From assembly GCA_964016885.1 (NCBI GenBank), contig OZ024764.1, positions 19,964,001 to 20,028,000 of the forward strand: DNA of 64,000 nucleotides. The letters are read 5' to 3'. Each line of letters begins with the position of its first letter. Positions within the stretch are counted from its first letter, which is position 1. Made by a program: the position numbers and the translations under genes. The notes under the pieces were generated by a model. It was not told where the DNA came from. It searched no databases and saw nothing but the letters and a program-made list of their open reading frames with translations. The stretch is from Eledone cirrhosa (Eukaryota). Below are positions 55,549-64,000 of the stretch, piece by piece.

Positions 55549-56775
55549 TTTGTTACTAAATACTAGATATTAGAGGGTCATGCTGTTCTAGATGTGCTGG
55601 AAGAGCCATTCCATCTTGTGAGGTTCACAGATGCAGCTAGCCACCTCAGCACCTATGGTGGTATATTTATTATATTATTTATTCTTTATCATTAACATTA
55701 ATATAAAAGATAATTATATATTTTTAGAAAAGAACCTCTAACTTCATATAATTTAGGGCTTCAGTAGGTAAAAGTCTGTCCCTGCTTGTCTTGTATTTTT
55801 TAGGGGAGAAGTTAGGGAATACTGTTATTGTGTGAAAGTTTTCTAAATCTTCTTCAGCCACTAACATGGAGAAGATATTTCAGTAAAAAGGTTCACATCC
55901 TGACATCTATAGCTGTTAACAATGAGATTGGAATTCATTATTAAACAAATGTTATATCATCATCACTGTTTTACATCATTTTTTCCACGCTGGCATGGGT
56001 TAGACGAGTTATCCTGTTGTAAGCAATGCCAGGTCAGGTGATCACGTGTTGCTCCTACAGAACCAATTTTGGTTTGGTTTCTACAGCTGGATGCCCTTCC
56101 TAGCACCAACCTTATTTACATTAAGTACTGGGTGCTTTTTGTCGTGACACCTATATGACCACTTTACAGTGTGGACTGGGTGCTTTTTGTTGTGACACCT
56201 ACATGACCACTTTACAGTGTGGGCTGGGTGCTTTTTGTTGTGACACCTACATGACCACTTTACAGTGTGGACTGGGCACTTTTTGTCGTAACACCTGCAT
56301 GACCACTTTATAGTGTGGACTGGGTACCTTTTGTCGTGACACATACATACATACACACACATATACATACATTTATAATATAACCATACATGACCACTTT
56401 ACAGTGTGGTCTGGGTGCTTTTTGTTGTGACACCTACATGAGCACTTTACAGTGTGAACTGGGTACTTTTTGTTGTGACACCTACATGAGCACTTTACAG
56501 TGTGAACTGGGTACTTTTTGTTGTGACACCTACATCACCACTTTACAGTGTGGACTTAGTACTTTTTGTTGTGACACCTACATGACCACTATACAGTGTG
56601 TACTGGGTACTTTTTGTTGTGACACCTACATGACCACTTTACAGTGTTGGCAGTGAAATATCTAATGCACCAGCTTCAGTAATCAGAAGATCGCTGTTTT
56701 CTATATTATAATTTTATAATATACATATAAACACACATACAAACACACACATATATATATACAGTATATATATAT

Positions 56776-58714
56776 ACGAGTGTCCCAAGTAAAGAGTTTT
56801 TCGAGATACGAGCCGTCCCTCGGCTGATTTTTTGCGTTGAGTTCCAGTTCTAGTTGGCATAGCGACCGCCACAGGGAATACCATAACACCCGTCCAGCAT
56901 CCCATGGGTTCGAAGAAAGTGAGGGCGAAGGACAGTGCTGAGAAGAAGAAGCAGATGATGTGTATTGAATTAAAGAAAGAAATTATAGAAAAACATGTCC
57001 AAGGTGTGTGTGTAGTGGACTTGATAAAGGCTATAACCCCAGCTAAGGGTGGTAAAATAATTTCTAAACAGCGGACCTCTATCCATGAAAATATGGAAAA
57101 GATGCTGATGGTGTGGTTGACGGAGAAGCAGCTCGAAAGAGATACTGTGATGAAGATTATAATATGTGAGAAGGCACGAGCTATTTACGCTGATTTGCTG
57201 CAGCAGACCCCAGGTACTTCTACGGACGAGGCATCGGCAAGCCCTTTAATGCCAGTCGGGGTTGGTTTGAGAATTTTAAAAAGAGGACCGGCATTCACTC
57301 CGTTGTCAGGCATGGTGAGGCAGTGAGCGCGGATATGAAGGCAGCTGAGGATTACCTCAAAACCTTTGCCGGAATTATAGCAGCCAAAGGATACATCCCT
57401 CAGCAAGACTTTAACTGTGATGAAACAGGACTTTTTTGGAAGAAGATGCCAAGGAGGACTTTTATAATGGCAGAGGAGAAGAGGATGCCTGGCCACAAAC
57501 CCATGAAGGATAGGCTAACCCTCACACTGTGCCACTGTGAACGTTGACTGTAAGATTAAGTTGCCGCTCGTTTATCATTCGGAAAACTTTAAGTCACATA
57601 AGATTCTGAAAGAAAAACTGCAGGTTATGTGGAGGGCCAACCCGAGGGCATGGGTCACCAGGCAGTTTGTTGTGGATTGGGTGAATTTGGTCCTGACATT
57701 AAAAAATATCCCCATGAAAATAACCTACCCCTGTAAACCCTTCTTGTTCTGGACAATACACCTGCTCACCCACCTAACCTCGAAGAGTTCAAGTTTATAA
57801 AGGTCCTCTACCTTCCACCAAACACCACCCCTATCCTACAGCCCAAGGACCAGCGGGTACTTTCTAATTTCAAGAAGCTCTTCACCAAGCACCTGTTCAG
57901 TCGCTGCTTTGAAGTGACGGGGAGCACAAACCTCACCCTTGAGAGGTCTGGAAGGACCATTATAACATCGTGATATGCCTCAGAATTATCGATATGACCT
58001 GGCAGGGTCTTACAAAGAGGACCTTGACCTCTACATGGAAGAAGCTGTGGCCTGAAGTTGTGTCTAAAACAGACTTTGAAAGACTGGAACCCGAAGCGGC
58101 TGTGGTGGAGGAGATTGTACCCCTCGGTAACTCCATGGGCCTGGACATGGATGAAGGTGACATCAACGAGCTCATCGAGGAGCACTCCGAGGAGATGACA
58201 ACAAAGGAATTAAAGGAGCTACAGACACAGCAACACACGGAGTTTTTGCAGGAAATAGGTGACACAGAGGAGGTTATCTCAACAAGTGAGATGAAACAAA
58301 CCTCATTAGACAGGTTTTTATCGAAAATCCCTGCAGATAAAAGTGAGGAACGCGTGGCGAAAAGGGGCAAAAATCAGCGAATAAGATTCAGTTATTCAGT
58401 TCATCCTTTCTCCTCCGTCAACATCCTCAAGTCGTCTGATCTCCAAGATAGATGCTGTACGTTATACTTAATAAAACCAGTTTATTGTAGTACATTCTAT
58501 TGTATGGTTTTTTATATACAATATTTGTTATTTATAAGTACATTTTTCTTATTTAAAAACGCGTAACAAAACAAACTGTGGTTTTTTGGGGGTCTGGAAC
58601 GGATTAATCGCATTTTATTTTATTTCAGTGGGGAAAATTGATTTGACATACGAGTAATTTAAGTTACGAGGTCCTCCACGGAACAAATTATATTATTAAG
58701 TCAAGGTACCACAG
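56776..58714 (+). mobile_element. Tigger/pogo copy C (left TIR mostly lost)
   Basis: FNCDETGLFWK; right TIR AAGTCAAGGTACCACAG. Confidence 0.9.
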
Positions 58715-60247
58715 TGTGTGTATATATATATATATAAAGGAACGATCGACTTTCGTCAAATCGGACCGAGGAAGCAATGTTTCCATTGGTCTTTCCAATT
58801 GCTAGTACTATCGGTCGCAACTCCAGGTAGAAGGAACAACGTGAAATAAAGTGTCTTGCTCAAGGTCATAACGTATCGCCTGGTCCAGGAATCGAACTCA
58901 CAACCTCAAGATATATATATATATATAAATGAAGAATATAGAAATTATTGTAGCAAAAAGCCAACAGTATTCCATTTCATTTCATTTCATTTGAGTTTGA
59001 GTCCATGCTCAGGCCAAGTCGAAAACTCCACCCATTATATATATATAGTATAAAAGAGAAAACACAGGTAAGCATTAAGAGAAGGATTTTATCCAGGTAT
59101 TTACGACCGTTTCATTGGTAAGTGCAACCTTATATTTCTATCCTGCAAATAGCAGCCACTCAATTATAATTGTTGTTCACTGTCCAAATTTTCAAAATAG
59201 TAAGTTACTCTTGAAATAGTTCTTAATATATAGAGAAAAACATTTATTTGGAATTGTATTTACTAGTATAGAGAGAGAGGAATCAGAAGGTGAGGGGAGC
59301 AGGATTCTTTGGTCAGTTTTGATAGCAGACTTCATGTCGTGGAATGTAGTGAGTTAAAGAGAATTAAATTGATCATTTTTGGAGGGATGGATAGATATAT
59401 ATATATAGTTAAATATTAGACAGGAACAAAAAACAGGCAGTGCAAATGGTAGTTTATACGGAGAGAGAGACAGACAAACACATCTATACCTCTACTACTG
59501 AAAAACATAAACCATATGTAAGGGAAGACAACTCTCGTTACACCCCCCCTTCTTTTTGCTATATGTCCTTTAAATACGTTGTTCAATGGAATCTGCTTTA
59601 TTTTGTGTCCTAAGTAGATTTCTGTTTAAGTATTTACGAGATTCGCAATGATTCACGTAACCAAGTTACTTACATAGAGATATATTTCACATAGAATCAC
59701 AACAAATGAAAATATTAAGTCAACACTCTGTCAATCAGTCTCACATCACATGGGGTGCTGGAGTCTCCCTCTAATACTTTCTGAGGCAGTCTTACCTCGA
59801 GTGATAGCAAGGCTAAGATGTTGGAACTACCAAACACCCTCATATGTATCACCTGACACCTCGGTAAGGAGAGCTGTCAACGATAACAAGAACCTCGTTG
59901 TCAGGGACCTATCTCCTCCAAACTTCTCCAACACCACAGACTAGAATATTCTACTCTTTATTCCCTAATATATTTCAGTCTAGTCATTTGTCTTGTATCT
60001 TGTATATGTATTTTGAAAACTAACTGTCACATTTGTCAGGGTACTTAGTTGTTACGGAAAATTATCCTCCATATGACCCAATCTTACCGAGATACCCGGT
60101 GATCTCTGCCAGGGTACTCGATTGATCCAGCACCCTACTATATCTACCAACAGGTTATATGGAGGTATCAAGTGATACTCTTTTCAAGTCAAGACCTCCT
60201 CTGCTGTCCTCCCTCTTCCAACTGCCCTGTTATTCTACAGACTCACG

Positions 60248-63200
60248 AAAGCTATCTCACCGCTTTTCATAGGCGCCGCAAAAATCCACTGCTGGTCTCT
60301 CCTCTCCCACGTGCGTCCAACTCCTTAACACCGGGAGCTGCCAAAACTCGCGTCCACACCGTTGCTGGTCACCACTAAGAGGGCCACCTGCTGGCCCTCC
60401 CGGTCGAGCATCCTTCCGGTCGAGCACTCCCCCGCTTCCGGCCACCGCATGCCACACCATACCCACAAGCCCCTCCCCCCTGATCTCAAGGATCAATTTC
60501 CTCCTCGTCCTTCTCCATATGAAAGTCTGCTGTCCAGGTTGGTGGTTTACGACTTCTTTGCGAGATCCGCAGTGTTGGGGCAGCACTTTGGGTTTCCTCT
60601 ACCTCGGAGTCCGTTGACACAGTGATTCTACGGACATCCAGGACATGACGTGGTACTCCGTCCACGGACACATTGTTCTGGGAATTTACGGCCGTCACTG
60701 TTCCCCTTCCCCATTGAGATGTGCAACGTGCATCTGGGGGCTTAACCCAGACTTCCTCGCCCACCTGCACGGGTGCCACCACTCGTATCTGAATACTGCT
60801 CTGTGTGGCACCGATTCCTCGACCTGTCCCACCCGAGGGGACATGTTGTACCAGAACACTGCCTCCATTGGTGAGATATGGCCCCGCTCCGCCATTGCCT
60901 TGATCCTCTGGTGGTGTCGCTCCACAATTCCATTCCCGCTCGGCCTGTGCACTGCTCTGAAGAAACGGTCCACCCTCCATCCATCGAGCATCTCCCTCAG
61001 CACCTCCGAGCGGAACGCTGCGCTGTTGTCCATCAGCAGTTCGTCCACAGGGCCCCGCTCCAAGAACACCTCTCTCCACGTCCGCATGATTTCCTCGGCC
61101 GTTCCAGTCTTCATCTCCCTCCATATCGCCTTCCGTCCTGGTCCACAGTCGACCATCGAGAGGTACGTTCCCTGTCGGTAGTGCGTTACATCCACCGCCA
61201 ATCGTTTCCAGTCGCGATCCACTGGGAGGCTTCCCGTTTCGTGTACACCCGGGGTGGATCAATGGACTGACATCGGACGCAGCCTCTAACCACCCTTTGA
61301 ACACTGTGACTGTTAACGTCCGAGTCGATTCTCCTGGCTAGGAACAGGCTCCTATCCACTCCCATGTGGTGCATGTCATGCAACCCTTTCAGATCCGACT
61401 CGGTCAGCCGACACACGGCAGCTATCTCATCTTCTACCTCCTCCGGCGCTTCCATCCAGGCTTTCTTCACCCTAGTTAAGATGTCCGCCCTATTTTTCTC
61501 TGAGGGCACGAAAACTACGCTCAGCCTCAGAACGAACTCGGTGGCCAGCTCTCCTAAAGTTCCCAGGCGGCGCTTTATCAGCATCTCCGCCGCGCCTCTC
61601 GTTCGCACTCTCTTCTCACTGGTGAGCACTGATCTCACCCATCCGAGTACAGTAGCCGAGTCGGTGCGTATCTCGATGGTGCGCAGTCCCCACCTCAGGG
61701 CGAGGTTCACCCCTCTCAACACTGCGTCCAGTTCGGCCACATTGATGCATCCTCGACCTCAACACCTCCTATCTCCAACGTGACACCCAGCGCTATGCTG
61801 CTGGCATCGCACCATACGGTCCCGCTCTGTGATTTGGGAACATACCAGCGTCGCCGCACTGGGTCGTCGGCCTTCACCCTCCCCACGATCTCCTGCATCA
61901 TGGCCACCGTCCTCTCTCCCGCTCTGTCACTCCAAGTCACCCCTCCCACTCGTCTCTTGACATAGCTGCATGCCGTCCGGAGCCACCCAGCAATCGGGTA
62001 GTGACCCACCAACTTTCCACACACCGAGAAAAGCTCCCGCCTACTCATACTTGGGCCCAGTTCTGGAACTTCATTTCCCCTCTGGAATACCAAGACGCCC
62101 GTCCTGTCTCGGCGTACCCTAAGTCCCAGCGCGGCTCCTCCCTCCAACGCTTCTGACGGCTTCGCAGCCAGTCCATACCCCTGTAAATGGCTCGTGACCT
62201 CCGCCGCCGCCACCACAGACTCGTCCACTAGGATGTCGTCAATATAGGAGTTAGTGGCCCTCTTCATCTTGTCGGCCTTTCCCAGAATGGTCTTGAGGAC
62301 CGCCGCCATGATCTTCGGTGTGGAGCTCAGCCCGAATCCGAGCTTGGTCAGGCAATATGTCCGGCCCTTATACCTGACCAGCTGATACTGCCAGAGCTTC
62401 TCATCTATATGCAATTACAAGTATGCCGACTTTAGATCTACGATTGCTGAACCCCCCCGTCATGCGTCTCCACTCACGCAGGGTTTCCCCACAGACATCC
62501 GTGACCTCGCCACCCGTGTGACATGACAGGTGCTCGTTCAGCTCCCGAAAGTCCAGCACCGGCCTCACCTTGTTCTTCGTGGGTTGCGCCACCGCCATTA
62601 ACGGCAATACTCTGCACTTCACCTCCTCCTTCCAGGGAAGCAGTATGCCCTCCTCAATCCATCTCTCTACCTCTCGCTCGAACTCGCTCCTAATAGTTTC
62701 CTTTCAATGTGTGTTGATAGCAGCCCACTTTGGTCTTCAGTGTTGGTGGTTCTCCCTTCCAGTACCACTCAACAACCCATTGCACACGGCCTTGAAGTCT
62801 TTGTCCTGCACAGTGTAAGCGGGGTATTTCTCCTCGTGGGCCTTCTGGTTGTCCTGTCGCGCACTCACAGCGCATACCGATGCAGCGGCGCCAAACGACA
62901 CACCGACGTTGTTCACTGTGACGCCTCCTAGACGGCCAATTGCGTCCATGCCCATAACCACGCCGATCCCATCCACCTTACTTTCCTTCCCCGTACCGCT
63001 ATTTCCATCTCGCTGCGACCTCGGCATTCAATTTTCCTGCCGTCGACTGCCCTTACACTGCTCTTCCCTCTCCACCCCTGCGCCATCAGTGTCGTCAAAC
63101 AGCCCGTGTCCACGAGTGCTCGCTGTGGCTTTCCCCTCACGAAGACTTCCACCACGGGCAGCGCCTCTACTCGTAAGGGGAAACTACCGGCGCAGTAGTT

Positions 63201-63890
63201 CCCCTTGGATTGTTTCCCTGGTCGCAGTTAATACCGGTAGCATATTATTTCCAGCCTTGACTCTCTGCAGTCTCTAGCCATGTGCGGTCCCTGGCACCAA
63301 AAACAGCGACCTCTAAACGTTCGCGGTTGCCTCCCTTTCACCATTTCGCTGCCAGCTGTCTTGAGCCTCTGTAGTTGCTATCGCTGCAACACTCTTCTTG
63401 GCATCTTCTGCTATGATCCAGGCTTGTTCCACCAGTGAATGCATTTCCATTTCTTTGTAACCCGGGACTTGCTGCAGTTTCACCGCTATGTCGTCTGGAA
63501 ATCCATTTATGAACGCCAACCGCACCGTGCATTCGCATTCCACCTGATATCCAGCCAACATGGCCAATCGCCGTATTTCCGCTGCGAAAATGTCAACGCG
63601 TTCACCGTTCCATCTAATTCTTGCTAGCTTAGCGAAAGCGGCTAACGGTCCCTCTGCGAACGCTTCCATCATGCGCCTCTCAATCTTTTGCGCATCTCTT
63701 TGGCTGTGTTCGTCCAACTCAAGGAAGAGTACCAACGCGTCCCCCTCGAGGTACAGTGCCATGAGGCCAGCCACATCTTCTATCTTCTGCAAGCTCGCGA
63801 CCAGCCGGACTTTTCGCAGCCAAGCGACAACACCTACCCCGGTAAATGCCCTGATAGCTTCGTTTGTTCGTAGTCTTGTCGCCATCTTCT
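60248..63890 (-). mobile_element. Decayed Ty3/Gypsy LTR retrotransposon
   Basis: Order on the minus strand: gag (63885), knuckle CFWCQGPHMARDC, protease ALVDTG, RT RPVLDFRELN/YIDD, RNase H WCDAS/AELDA, integrase HHCC plus LAVD..MDN..GIVERHH, PPT at 60468-60481, 3' LTR 60467 to ~60248. Confidence 0.93.
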
Positions 63891-64000
63891 AATTTGTCTT
63901 GCGGTACGTGATAAAAAACAACAACAGACTCCTCTCTGTTTTTCCAGTAGCTTTATTTATTTTTTTTTTTTTCAATCAGATCTCAGTTTCCAGTGCCGAA

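Overview
Eukaryotic (metazoan) DNA, AT-rich and repeat-dense. The [16 protein letters not shown] zinc-finger style and the SINE/RTE repertoire suggest a cephalopod (Octopus-type) C2H2 zinc-finger gene cluster; this is an inference. The window is three tandem copies of one cassette (A ~1602-28162, B ~28163-44237, C ~44238-60250). Each carries one single-ORF, effector-less C2H2 gene (15, 22 and 11 finger units) with near-identical flanks but very different arrays, plus a vestigial second ZNF exon, minisatellites and shared TE relics (RTE LINEs, SINEs, non-autonomous Helitrons, a GG-terminal MITE, a Tigger/pogo element). Copy-specific events: an 827-bp palindromic satellite at the left edge, a 3.7-kb triplication carrying a hAT relic and an extra Helitron in A, a solo LTR and an RTE insertion in B, a decayed PHD-finger-bearing CRE-clade retrotransposon in C, and a decayed Ty3/Gypsy element at the right edge. 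All coordinates were read by eye; no alignments or database searches were run.
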